Assembly (NCBI GenBank): GCA_042216675.1
Contig: JBDGTS010000019.1
Span: 1 to 48,569 of the forward strand
Direction: 5' to 3'
Length of the DNA stretch: 48,569 bases
Origin: Halobacteriaceae archaeon
GTDB taxonomy: Archaea > Halobacteriota > Halobacteria > Halobacteriales > Halobacteriaceae
Positions 1-10,185 of the stretch are shown piece after piece; within the stretch, counting starts at the first letter, position 1; the number at the start of each line of letters is the position of its first letter. Both the position numbers and the translations under genes were made by a program. The notes below the pieces were generated by a model. That model had not been told where the DNA came from. It worked only from the letters and a program-made list of their open reading frames with translations, and searched no databases.

Positions 1-54
1 CCGCGACAGCTTGGTCCGAAGCCAAGTACTCTGTCCAGACTGAGCTAAGCGCCC
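1..54 (-). tRNA. tRNA-Arg(TCG), 5' part; 3' end lies beyond the window edge
   Basis: Reverse complement reads GGGCGCTTAGCTCAGTCTGGACAGAGTACTTGGCTTCGGACCAAGCTGTCGCGG: acceptor 5' strand, D-arm, anticodon arm CTTGG-CT-TCG-GA-CCAAG and start of T-arm. A TTTAAC box lies upstream on the minus strand (about 82-87). Confidence 0.93.
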
Positions 55-101
55 GCACCACACCGTACTCCGAGGCGATTGTTAAACGTCGCGGTTGCGA
101 G

Positions 102-1400
<1,299 letters not shown>

Positions 1401-1495
1401 GTCGGTCCCCACACGACTAGTCCAGATGGCCCCTGGGGAGTCGTGGCCCGATCAGTTGGTCGTCCGCCGTCGCTCCCGAAGTGTGAGTGAGCCAC

Positions 1496-2137
1496 ATGTA
1501 TGATATCGGGGTCGACTGCGTCGACGGGTCCGTCGCCCCCGGGACGAACCTCCTGATCGTCGGGCCGCCGATGACTGGCAAGCGCGAACTCGCCTTCGGC
1601 GTCCTCGCGGAGGGATTTCAGGACGGCGAGGGCGGCATCGTGGTGACGACGAAGGACAGCGCCCGGAAAGTCGAGGAGTCCTTCGCGGACCGGGCGCCCG
1701 ATGGCGCACTCGGCATCGTCGACTGTGTCACTCGCCAACAGGGGATGGGCGAGGAAGCGGAGTCGGACCTCGTGCGCTACGCCTCCTCGCCGAACGACCT
1801 CACGGGCATCGGAATCGAGTTCTCCGAACTCCTGCGGCTGTTCTACAAGCAACGGGGAATCGAGCGCAACCGAACCGTGATGTACTCGCTCTCGACCCTG
1901 CTGATGTACTCGAACCTCCAGACGGTGTTCCGGTTCCTCCACGTCTCGACGGGGCGCGTCCAGAGCGCGGACGGGCTGGGCCTATTTCTCATTGACGACA
2001 CCGCACACGACGAGCAGACGATGAGCACGCTCAAACAGCTGTTCGACGGCGTCATCGAGGTGCGCGAGGACGACGGCGAGCGGCAGTGTCGCGCCTCGGG
2101 CATCGAGGGCGCGTCCTCGGAGTGGACGGCGTACTGA
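1496..2137 (+). CDS. RAD55/KaiC-like RecA-superfamily P-loop protein
   Basis: Walker A GPPMTGKR, IVDCV, SLSTLLMY, QLFDGVIE. Confidence 0.85.
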   Translation: MYDIGVDCVDGSVAPGTNLLIVGPPMTGKRELAFGVLAEGFQDGEGGIVVTTKDSARKVEESFADRAPDGALGIVDCVTRQQGMGEEAESDLVRYASSPNDLTGIGIEFSELLRLFYKQRGIERNRTVMYSLSTLLMYSNLQTVFRFLHVSTGRVQSADGLGLFLIDDTAHDEQTMSTLKQLFDGVIEVREDDGERQCRASGIEGASSEWTAY

Positions 2138-2174
2138 CCCCGGCTTTTTGCCCACCGCGCCCCTGTTCTCGACT

Positions 2175-2585
2175 ATGCCAATCGACTCGGACGCCGAACT
2201 GCGCGACGTGCTTCGGGGCGACAGAATCGCCGTCGTCGGCTGTTCGACGACGCCCGGGAAAGACGCCCACGAGGTGCCGGCCTTCCTGCAGGAGCAGGGC
2301 TACGAAATCGTCCCGGTGAACCCCTACGCCGACTCGGTGCTGGGCGAACCGGCGTTCGACTCGCTGACCGACGTGCCCGGCCACGTCGACGTGGTGGACG
2401 TGTTCCGCCCGAGCGAGGAGGTAGCTGGCATCGTCGACGACGCCATCGAACACGGCGACGTGGACGCCATCTGGCTCCAACTCGGCATCACCGACGACGC
2501 GGCGGCCGCCCGCGCTGAGGAGACGGGCATCCGCGTCGTGCAGGACCGCTGTATGCGCGTCGAGTACGAGCGACTGTTCGGTTAG
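2175..2585 (+). CDS. CoA-binding (YccU-like) protein
   Basis: IAVVGCS, VPVNP, DVVDVFRPS, WLQLGI, VQDRC motifs. Confidence 0.9.
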   Translation: MPIDSDAELRDVLRGDRIAVVGCSTTPGKDAHEVPAFLQEQGYEIVPVNPYADSVLGEPAFDSLTDVPGHVDVVDVFRPSEEVAGIVDDAIEHGDVDAIWLQLGITDDAAAARAEETGIRVVQDRCMRVEYERLFG

Positions 2586-2851
2586 TCGGCGGTGCCGCTC
2601 TCGCTCTCGGCGTCGGCCGACACCTCGTCCCGCACGGCCGCGACGTCGACGTCGTGGTCCTCGGCGATGGCGTCGAGGACGGCGCGCTGAGCCGCCATCT
2701 CGCGCTCTAGCTCCCGGAGGCGCTCGTTCGAGTCGTTGACAGTCTTCCGTGTCTCGACGACCTGCTGGCGCACCTCGTCGAGGCGCCCGTACAGTTTCTC
2801 GGCCGTGTCCGCGAGTTTCTGGACCTTCTTCGCCGTGCTTCCGAATCCCAT
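2582..2851 (-). CDS. Small coiled-coil protein (DUF5798-like)
   Basis: Begins MGFGSTAKKVQKLADTAEKLY, heptad-like acidic sequence; TTATA-like box upstream. Confidence 0.75.
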   Translation of the reverse strand: MGFGSTAKKVQKLADTAEKLYGRLDEVRQQVVETRKTVNDSNERLRELEREMAAQRAVLDAIAEDHDVDVAAVRDEVSADAESESGTAD

Positions 2852-2924
2852 GGCCGCGAGTAGTCGAGCCGTCCGCTTAGGCCTTGTCGTCGCGCTTATA
2901 CCCTCCCCGTTCCGAGCGCCCACT

Positions 2925-3338
2925 GTGCAGCGAACCACGCTCGCCCTCCGCGTCGGCGCACTCGCCTGTCTGGCGCTCCTCGCCCTGCTTGCGGCGCCGT
3001 ACGCGCTGTTCGACGCGGCGACGGTGCAAGTGTACTACGGCGTCGGGCCGGTGAGTCCGCTCGTCGTCGCCCTGTTCGCCGGGGTGGCGTTCGTGGCGCT
3101 CGGGTCCGCCGCGGCTGGCAGGGCGGACACCGCCACCGTCGCGGGACTGGCGCTCGTCGTCGGTGTCGGTGCCGTCCTCATCACGCTCTCGTGGGCGCTC
3201 AGTGCCGCCGGTGTCACGGGCGGCCTTCCGACGAGCGCCGCCTTTGGCTACCATCGCTGGGGCCTCGTCGCTGTGAGCGCCGCCCTCGCGCTGGCGGGGC
3301 TATTCGCAAGCCCGCTCGGGGATGCGAAAGGCCCTTAA
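2925..3338 (+). CDS. Hypothetical 4-TM membrane protein
   Basis: GTG start about 25 nt after CTTATA; four hydrophobic segments; YHRW near the C-terminus. Confidence 0.7.
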   Translation: MQRTTLALRVGALACLALLALLAAPYALFDAATVQVYYGVGPVSPLVVALFAGVAFVALGSAAAGRADTATVAGLALVVGVGAVLITLSWALSAAGVTGGLPTSAAFGYHRWGLVAVSAALALAGLFASPLGDAKGP

Positions 3339-3340
3339 GT
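3324..3340 (+). promoter_or_regulatory. SRP RNA promoter overlapping the upstream stop codon
   Basis: GCGAAAG then CTTAAGT, about 25 nt before the SRP RNA 5' end. The TAA at 3336-3338 is also the upstream stop codon. Confidence 0.65.
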
Positions 3341-3361
3341 CGCATCGGCCTATAGTCGAGT

Positions 3362-3670
3362 GGACTAGGTCGGGCGGCCAGGCCCCGCCCGTCACCCGCA
3401 CTATGGCCTTCAGCGGGGACCGAACGCCGGGCGAGTCCGGGTTCGACCCGGGCGGGCCCCGGAAGCCGACGTAGAAACCTCGTCCTGCGGGGACGGCGGT
3501 CCGCGGCGCGCGCCTGCAGGGGCGTCGTCGTCGCGGTTCGCCGGTGCCACCGGGTCAGGCGCGGAAGCGAGCAGCCCAGCACCGAACGCCCGTCGCTCGT
3601 AGGGTCGCGGGGTGGAGGAGGCGACCGGGACTACCCGTCCGGGACCGACCGGGCGACCCCGGCCGTCCGC
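3362..3670 (+). ncRNA. ffs: Archaeal signal recognition particle (7S) RNA
   Basis: Starts GGACTAGGTCGGGCGG as haloarchaeal SRP RNA does; helix-8 motif GGGTCAGGCGCGGAAGCGAGCAGCCC at 3552-3577; about 310 nt. The 3' end is approximate. Confidence 0.93.
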
Positions 3671-3738
3671 TCATTCATACCGCATTCAGTCCTTCAGCGG
3701 ACGCGCTGTGGCGCACGAGAACCGAGTGTGAACCGGCG

Positions 3739-4605
3739 TCACTCGGCCACGACGTCGCCGCCCGCCACGTCGATGCCGCCCGTGAGGGTGCGGGTCGGGT
3801 AGGGGATGTCGATGCCCGCCTCGTCGAAGCGCTCCTTCACGGCGGTGGTGTACTCTCCGCGCGTCTTCACGAAGTCCGAGCGACTCGGGTTCGCGATCCA
3901 GACGCGGGACTGGAGTCCCACGGCGGAGTCGCCGAGTTCGGTCAGACGAACCGTGGGCTCGGGGTCCGCGAGGATGGCGTCGTGCTTTTCAGCCTCGTCG
4001 AGGATGATGTCCGTCGCTTGCTCGACGTCGTCGTCGTAGCCGATGCCGAAGAGCACCTTCAGTCGGAGCGTGTCCTTCGCGACGGGGTTCTTGAGGACGC
4101 CGTCGGTGAGTTGGGAGTTGGGCACCGTCAGCAGTTCGTTGTCGAAGGTGCGCACCCGGGTCACGCGGAGGCTGATGTCCTCGACGACGCCGGAGTAGCC
4201 GTCGAACTCGATCCAGTCGCCGATGCGGAACGGTTCGTCGGTGTAGATGAAGACCCCGGCGACGAAGTTCTTGATGACGTCCTGCATCGCGAAGCCGATG
4301 GCGAGGGTCGCGGCGGCGGCGATGGTCGCCAGCGACGTGAGGAAGTCGCCGTAGCCGGCGAAGCGGAACGCCACCGAGATGCCGACGAAGACGATGATGC
4401 CAGTCAGCAGTTTCTGGAGTGGCTTCTTCGCGTGGGTGTCGAGGTTTCGCTCGTCGAGTGCCCGGTCGAAGACGGGGCGCACGAATAGGCGGCCGATGAG
4501 GTAGACGCCGAGAAACGCGGCGACGAAGAAGACGAACTGCGTGACGGCCGTCGCCGCGCCGACCCCGATGGCGTCAGCGAGTTGTGGCGGCGGCGAGACG
4601 GCCAT
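3739..4605 (-). CDS. mscS: Small-conductance mechanosensitive channel
   Basis: LAIGFAMQDVIKNFVAG, PFRIGDWI, G.VEDISLRVT, VPNS, GIDIPYP motifs. Confidence 0.92.
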   Translation of the reverse strand: MAVSPPPQLADAIGVGAATAVTQFVFFVAAFLGVYLIGRLFVRPVFDRALDERNLDTHAKKPLQKLLTGIIVFVGISVAFRFAGYGDFLTSLATIAAAATLAIGFAMQDVIKNFVAGVFIYTDEPFRIGDWIEFDGYSGVVEDISLRVTRVRTFDNELLTVPNSQLTDGVLKNPVAKDTLRLKVLFGIGYDDDVEQATDIILDEAEKHDAILADPEPTVRLTELGDSAVGLQSRVWIANPSRSDFVKTRGEYTTAVKERFDEAGIDIPYPTRTLTGGIDVAGGDVVAE

Positions 4606-4848
4606 TTAACGGTACACCCCCGTGTGGCCACGGGTCTCCACGAGTTCGGCGTCCGCGAGGTCCGCGAGGTCCGCCGCGACCTCGTCCATCTCCGTGCCGC
4701 CGAGCGCCGACCGGTGGAACCGGACCTTCACGAACTCCCGGTCGTCGAGTTGGTCCGAGAGCTCGTCCGCCACCGGGTCGATGCCGGCCTTACCGACCCA
4801 CACCGTCACGTCGAGGTTGTGGATCTTCTCCGCAGTGTTCGAAGCCAT
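4606..4848 (-). CDS. YhbY/CRM-domain RNA-binding protein
   Basis: VWVGKAGI, EFVKVRF, RGHTGVY. Confidence 0.88.
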   Translation of the reverse strand: MASNTAEKIHNLDVTVWVGKAGIDPVADELSDQLDDREFVKVRFHRSALGGTEMDEVAADLADLADAELVETRGHTGVYR

Positions 4849-4892
4849 GTTGACCGACGTAGGGACGGCCCGCTTTTCAATCCCCGGGTGTG

Positions 4893-5165
4893 TCAGTACG
4901 GGTAGCGGTCCTGATGGCCACAGTCACAGGTCCAGACGACGTGGCCGTCCTGCAGGCGGACCCGCGCGTTCACGCCCGGGATGCGATACCGGTCGCAGGC
5001 GTCACACGCCGCCCGCCGGAAGCGCTTCGGGAGGTCGATGCGGTTCCGCTCCGCGATGCGCCGCGCGAGGCGGACGTACGCGCGCGCTCGCTCCTCGTCG
5101 CCGCGCTCCGTGGCGGCGCGTGCGAGGGCGTCTAACCGGTCGATGCGCTCGGCGGCGACTGTCAC
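4893..5165 (-). CDS. rnp4: Ribonuclease P protein component 4 (Rpp21)
   Basis: AAERIDRL, ARAYVRLARRIAER, zinc ligands CDAC and C.CG, terminal RYPY. Confidence 0.9.
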   Translation of the reverse strand: MTVAAERIDRLDALARAATERGDEERARAYVRLARRIAERNRIDLPKRFRRAACDACDRYRIPGVNARVRLQDGHVVWTCDCGHQDRYPY

Positions 5166-5237
5166 GGCCCGTGATTCGGCACCCCCGCTTTAGCCTTTTC
5201 CGGTAGGCTTAACGAGTCCCCGCAGAGACGGTTCGGC

Positions 5238-6290
5238 GTGCGCGCGCTGAACTACCTCGAACTCGCGGGACCGCTGGAGCGAAGCGGCATCGCCACCGCG
5301 GCCCGCCAGCAACGCGACGCCCTCGCGGACACCGACGTCGACGTGGTCACGACCCCGTGGCGCGGCGGCGACCCGGTGCGCGCCGCGGCGTCTGGGCTGG
5401 CCGGGCGGGGCGCGTTCCGCGAGTTCGACCTCGCGCATCTCCACCTCTTCGGGCCCGGGTCGCTGGCCGTCCTGCGCCACGCCCGGCACAACGACGTGCC
5501 CGTCGTCGCCCACGCCCACACTCTCGCCGAGAACACGACGGGCAGTTGGCGCGGTGCGGACTTCATCGAGGGGCCGCTCCGGCGCTATCTCCGGTGGTTC
5601 TACGCGCAGGCCGACCTGGTGCTCTGTCCGACGGGCTACGCCGAGGGCCTCGTGCAGGAGTACCCCATCGGCACGCCCACCGAAGTCTTGACCGGCGGCG
5701 TCGACAGAGACTCGTTGGCCGGGTTCGAGCAGTTCCGCGAGGAGTACCGCGAGCGATTCGACCTCGACGGGATGGTCGTGTTCTCGGTGGGAAACGTCTT
5801 CGAGCGCAAGGGCCTCACCACCTTCTGCCGCCTCGCGCAGGCCACCGACTACGAGTTCGTCTGGTTCGGCCCCTACGACACCGGTCCCATCGCCTCCCGG
5901 CCCGTGCGGAAGTGGACGGGGGACCCTCCGGAGAACGTCACGTTCACCGGCTGGGTCGAGGAGAAGCGCGGCATGTTCGCCGCCGGGGACGTGTTCTGCT
6001 TCCCCGCGAAGGAGGAGACGCAAGGCCTCGTCGTCTTGGAGGCGATGGCCTGCGGGAAGCCGGTCGTCCTCCGGGACATCCCGGTCTTCCGAGAGCAGTT
6101 CGAGGACGGCCACGACTGTCTGCTCTGTGCCGACGAGGCGGAGTTCGAGGCGGCGCTGGGCCGCCTCGCGGACGACCCGGCACTCCGGGAGCGACTCGGC
6201 GAGAACGGCCGCGAGACGGCCGCCGAACACGACGTCGACCGGATGGGCGAGCGACTGGCCGACGTGTATCGCGACCTGACGGGTGAGTGA
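5238..6290 (+). CDS. GT4 glycosyltransferase
   Basis: FPAKEETQGLVVLEAMACGKPVV (E-x7-E), HAHT, RKG. Confidence 0.9.
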   Translation: MRALNYLELAGPLERSGIATAARQQRDALADTDVDVVTTPWRGGDPVRAAASGLAGRGAFREFDLAHLHLFGPGSLAVLRHARHNDVPVVAHAHTLAENTTGSWRGADFIEGPLRRYLRWFYAQADLVLCPTGYAEGLVQEYPIGTPTEVLTGGVDRDSLAGFEQFREEYRERFDLDGMVVFSVGNVFERKGLTTFCRLAQATDYEFVWFGPYDTGPIASRPVRKWTGDPPENVTFTGWVEEKRGMFAAGDVFCFPAKEETQGLVVLEAMACGKPVVLRDIPVFREQFEDGHDCLLCADEAEFEAALGRLADDPALRERLGENGRETAAEHDVDRMGERLADVYRDLTGE

Positions 6291-7398
6291 ATTGGTCGAC
6301 ACCGACGTGGCCGCGTTCACGGACACCTACCTGCCGACGGTGAACGGCGTCACCTACACCATCCAGACGTGGCGGGACCGATGGGTGGACCGCGGGGGCC
6401 GCATGGCCGTGGTCTACCCCGATGCCGACCACGACCCGATTTCCGACGAGCATCCCGTCTCTAGTCTCCCGCTCCCGTTCTACGAGGGGTTCCACCTCGG
6501 CACGCCGCGCGTGCCCGACGCCGTGCGGGACGTGGACCTCGTGCACGCCCACACGCCCTTCGCCGTCGGCTTCGCCGGCCTCCGCCTCGCGGGGCGCGCG
6601 GACCTGCCGCTGGTGGCCTCCTACCACACGCCGACGGCCGAGTACGCCGATTACCTCGCTGTCGGGGACCGGAGCGCGTCGGCGCTGCGAGGCGTCAGCG
6701 AGCGCTACGAACGGTGGTTCTACGACCGGGCGGACCTCGCGGTGGCGCCGAGCGAGGCGACCCGCGACCACCTCCGCGAGGAGGTGGGCGTCTCGACGCC
6801 GGTAGAAGTCGTCCCCAACGGCGTCGACGTCGAGCAGTTCAGCCCGACCGACCCCGCCGACTTTCTGGACCGGCACGGTCTCCACACCGACCGGCCCCTC
6901 GTCGGCTACACGGGACGCCACGGCTACGAGAAGCGCCTCTCGGACGTCATCGGCGCCGCGGCGGAACTCGACGTGACCCTCGTGTTCGGCGGGGATGGCC
7001 CGGCGCGCGAGGACATCGAAGAACAGGCCGCGGCCGCGAACGTCGACGCGCGCTTCCTCGGGTTCCTCGACAGAGAGGAGATGGCGGCGTTCTACACCGC
7101 GCTGGACGTGTTCGCGTTCCCCAGCCCCGTCGAGACGCAAGGACTCGTCGCCCTCGAAGCCAACGCCTGTGGCACGCCCGTCGTCGGCGCGGACGAGGGC
7201 GCTCTCGCCACCACCGTCGAGGACGGCGTCACCGGCTATCACTTCGAGACGGGCGACGTGGTGTCGTTCCGCGAGGCGCTACAGCGGGCGCTGGCGGAGC
7301 GAGAGTCGCTGCGGGAGTCCTGTCTCGCTCGACGCGACGAGATGAGCGTCGAGCACGCAGTCGACAGACTCGAAGAACTGTACGCGTCGGTGCGTTAG
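6283..7398 (+). CDS. GT4 glycosyltransferase (monoglycosyl-lipid synthase-like)
   Basis: FTDTYLPTVNGV, HAHTPF, YHT, ETQGLVALEANACGTPVV; 8-nt overlap with the upstream gene. Confidence 0.9.
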   Translation: MSELVDTDVAAFTDTYLPTVNGVTYTIQTWRDRWVDRGGRMAVVYPDADHDPISDEHPVSSLPLPFYEGFHLGTPRVPDAVRDVDLVHAHTPFAVGFAGLRLAGRADLPLVASYHTPTAEYADYLAVGDRSASALRGVSERYERWFYDRADLAVAPSEATRDHLREEVGVSTPVEVVPNGVDVEQFSPTDPADFLDRHGLHTDRPLVGYTGRHGYEKRLSDVIGAAAELDVTLVFGGDGPAREDIEEQAAAANVDARFLGFLDREEMAAFYTALDVFAFPSPVETQGLVALEANACGTPVVGADEGALATTVEDGVTGYHFETGDVVSFREALQRALAERESLRESCLARRDEMSVEHAVDRLEELYASVR

Positions 7399-7793
7399 TC
7401 GTCCTGTTCGAGCGCGTCGGCGATGCGGTCGAGGTGGTCGGTGGCGTCGCGGAGTTCCTCACGAATCAGTTCGAGTTCGCGGGCGATGCGCTCCTCGTTG
7501 ACGCCGCCCTCTTCGCCACGGCCGCCGGGACCGCCGCCCATGCCGGGTCCGCCGCCGCCCATCATGCCGCCCATCATCTGGGCGAAGGGGTTGCCGCCGC
7601 CACCGCCCATGCCGCCACCGCCACCGCCGCCGCCCATCATCTCTTCCATGCGCTCGCGGGGGTCCTCGGGGGCCTCACGGTCTCCCTCGGCGTCCTCGCC
7701 CTCCTCGGCGCGGCGCTCTCGAATCTCCTCGACGCGCTCCCGGAACGACTTCTCCTCTTCCTCCGTCTCGCTCTCGTCGGAATCTTCGGGCAT
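7395..7793 (-). CDS. Hypothetical acidic protein with Gly/Met-rich low-complexity core and C-terminal coiled coil
   Basis: Acidic composition; GGGGGGGMGGGGGNPFAQMMGGMMG; amphipathic C-terminal helix. Confidence 0.75.
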   Translation of the reverse strand: MPEDSDESETEEEEKSFRERVEEIRERRAEEGEDAEGDREAPEDPRERMEEMMGGGGGGGGMGGGGGNPFAQMMGGMMGGGGPGMGGGPGGRGEEGGVNEERIARELELIREELRDATDHLDRIADALEQDD

Positions 7794-7836
7794 GGGGTGG
7801 AGTTGTCTCGCGCCCCGGAAAAGGGTGTTGAACGTC

Positions 7837-8592
7837 TCACTCGAAGGCCCCGAGGCTGGCCTGTCTGTCGGCCGCGGCGGCGTCGGCGCGCACCTCGTGG
7901 CCCACCAAGTCGCGGAGGTCGACCGCGTACGTCGTGTCGCCGCGGTCGAGGACGAGGACGCGGCCCTGCACGCCGCGCACCGTCCCGCGCGCCATCGTCG
8001 CCGTCACCGGCCGCGCCGAGAGCGAGAAGCCGTAGTCGAACGCGAGCGTCTCGATGGGGTCGAAGTCGGCGAGGAGCGCGGTCCACGCGCCGCCGTCGAC
8101 GGGGCGGTGAATCCCCTCGACTTTCGTCGCGACGCGGACTTGGTCGCCGATAGATTCGGCGATGCCGGCCTCGATTCGCCGCGCCCGGCGGCCGTCCTCG
8201 ACGCTCCGGATGTGTGCGGCCCGGTCGGCGCCCTGTTCCCGCAGTCGCTCGTCGAGGCGCCACGAGCGCGTGACCCCGACTTTGAACGACGCGGGGGCGA
8301 ACGCGGCGAGGTAGACGGCGTGGTCCTCGTGGCAGGCGGCCACCGGCATGTCGCAGTCGCCGCGGCACCGCGCGCAGGGCCACCGGGAGGTGTGGACGTC
8401 ACAGTGGGGGGCGGCGTCGGCCTCGCAGGCGGCGTGACCGCTCTCGGTGAGGGCGCCCGCGCAGTGGCGCCGCCCGAGGCCGACGTCGACGTCGCTGCCG
8501 GGCGCGAGGGCGCGGCGCTCGACGGCGCCGTCGTCGGCGAGGAGGAGGGCGGCGTCCCCCCCGACGGCGGACTCGTAGCCGACGATCTGCAC
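7837..8592 (-). CDS. DUF2797-like Cys-rich protein
   Basis: RHCAG, CARCRGDC, HAVYLA, KVGVTR, RLREQGA motifs. Confidence 0.8.
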   Translation of the reverse strand: MQIVGYESAVGGDAALLLADDGAVERRALAPGSDVDVGLGRRHCAGALTESGHAACEADAAPHCDVHTSRWPCARCRGDCDMPVAACHEDHAVYLAAFAPASFKVGVTRSWRLDERLREQGADRAAHIRSVEDGRRARRIEAGIAESIGDQVRVATKVEGIHRPVDGGAWTALLADFDPIETLAFDYGFSLSARPVTATMARGTVRGVQGRVLVLDRGDTTYAVDLRDLVGHEVRADAAAADRQASLGAFE

Positions 8593-8631
8593 GCCGACCC
8601 GTAGGAAGTTCCGGGTGAAAGCCGTGTCGCT

Positions 8632-9567
8632 CTACGTCATCTCCGCCACGAGTTCCTCGGCCGCGCGCTCGACGGCCTCGTGACTCGACAGCGCGGGTTG
8701 CCAGCCAAGCGCCGACAGTTTCTCGATGGAGAGGCGCATCTTCGGCACGTCGCCGCTCCAGCCCCGGTCCCCGCCGGTGTACTCGTACTCGGGGTCCAGC
8801 CCCATCGCGTCGCTCACGACGTCCGCGATAGTGTTGACGGAGGTGGTCGTTCGCGTCCCGAGATTGTACGTGTTCAGCGCCGCGTCGGCGCTCTCGACGA
8901 CGTGGCACATCGCCTCGACGCACTCGGTGACGTGGAGATAGGACTTCTCCTGTCGCCCGTTCCCGAGGATGGTCAGCGTCTCGGGGTCGTCGGTCAGTTT
9001 CTCGATGAAGTCCGGAATGACGGTGCCGCGTTGGCCCGGGCCGACGATGTTCGCGAAGCGGAAACACCAGACCGTGAAGTCGTGGCTGTGCGCGTAGGCC
9101 GAGAGGAGCGCCTCGTCTGCGAGTTTGCTCGACCCGTAGACGCTGATGGGTTCGAGGGGCGCGTAGTCCTCGGGCGTCGGGCGCGGCGCCTCGCCATAGA
9201 CAGTCGAGGAGGAGGTGAACGCGAGGTTCCGCACGCCGACCTCGTCCATCCGTTCGAGGAGGTTGTACGTCATCTCGGTGTTCTCCTCGAAGAGGCGCCG
9301 GTCGTCGTCGAAGTTCGTGTCCGTGTACGCCGCGAGGTGGAAGACGGCGTCCACGTCTTCGGTCACCGCGTCGGCCACGTCGTCGGGGTCCGTGAAGTCC
9401 GCCTCGACGAACTCGACGCCGTCCGGAACGCGTTCGCGGCGCCCCTTCGAGAGGTCGTCGGCGATGACCACGGCCGCGTCGTGGTGGTCACGCAGTCGGC
9501 GGGCGAGGTTCGGGCCGATGAGGCCCGCACCGCCCGTTATCAGCACGCGTCGCTCCGTGAGGTCCAT
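8632..9567 (-). CDS. NAD-dependent sugar epimerase/dehydratase (GalE-like)
   Basis: ITGGAGLIG, FTSSSTVYG, YGSSK catalytic motif, RFANIVG. Start at MDLTERR. Confidence 0.9.
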   Translation of the reverse strand: MDLTERRVLITGGAGLIGPNLARRLRDHHDAAVVIADDLSKGRRERVPDGVEFVEADFTDPDDVADAVTEDVDAVFHLAAYTDTNFDDDRRLFEENTEMTYNLLERMDEVGVRNLAFTSSSTVYGEAPRPTPEDYAPLEPISVYGSSKLADEALLSAYAHSHDFTVWCFRFANIVGPGQRGTVIPDFIEKLTDDPETLTILGNGRQEKSYLHVTECVEAMCHVVESADAALNTYNLGTRTTTSVNTIADVVSDAMGLDPEYEYTGGDRGWSGDVPKMRLSIEKLSALGWQPALSSHEAVERAAEELVAEMT

Positions 9568-9648
9568 GCTCGTGACTCCCGTGGAGCCTGCAAGTGCTTT
9601 GCGATACGAGGAGAAACGGCTATCCGGCGCGGCGCCCGAGGACCGGGC

Positions 9649-10185
9649 GTGCAAGACGAACCGGCGGTCGTCGTCTGCCGACTGGGCCACCGCCCCGGGC
9701 GAGACGACCGCATGACGACACACGTCGGCCTCACGGCGCGCGCCCTCGGCGCCGACAAGGTGGTGTTCCCGGCCAACGCCTCCGACGCCGTCGCCACCGC
9801 CCGCGACATCACGGACCGCTTCGGCGGTCCCTTCGAGGTGGCGACTGCCGAGAGTCCCCGGTCGCTCGTCCGGAACTGGGAGGGCGCCACCGCCCACCTC
9901 ACGATGTACGGCGAACGCGTGCAGGACGTCGAGGACGAGGTGCGGGCCGCCCACCGCGACGACCCTCTCTTGGTCGTCGTGGGCGCGGAGAAGGTCCCCT
10001 TCGAAATCTACGACACCGCCGACTGGAACGTCGCGGTGACGAACCAACCACACTCCGAGGTGGCGGGGCTGGCGGTGTTTCTGGACCGCCTGTTCGAGGG
10101 CCGGGAACTGGACCGGGAGTGGAAGGCCGCGGACCGCCGCGTCGTGCCACAGGAGACGGGCAAGCGCGTCGAGGACGTGGAGTGA
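9649..10185 (+). CDS. trm56: tRNA (cytidine(56)-2'-O)-methyltransferase
   Basis: RLGHRPGRDDRMTTHVGLTARALGA, HLTMYG, VVGAEKVP, NQPHSEV; GTG start. Confidence 0.93.
   Translation: MQDEPAVVVCRLGHRPGRDDRMTTHVGLTARALGADKVVFPANASDAVATARDITDRFGGPFEVATAESPRSLVRNWEGATAHLTMYGERVQDVEDEVRAAHRDDPLLVVVGAEKVPFEIYDTADWNVAVTNQPHSEVAGLAVFLDRLFEGRELDREWKAADRRVVPQETGKRVEDVE

Noticed and set aside
1-100. tRNA-Arg as the attachment site of an integrated element
   Set aside because: The tRNA 3' end is outside the window, and I saw no integrase or duplicated tRNA fragment.
7500-7640. CCG/CCA trinucleotide run as a non-coding microsatellite
   Set aside because: It encodes the Gly-rich tract of the minus-strand protein using mixed codons.
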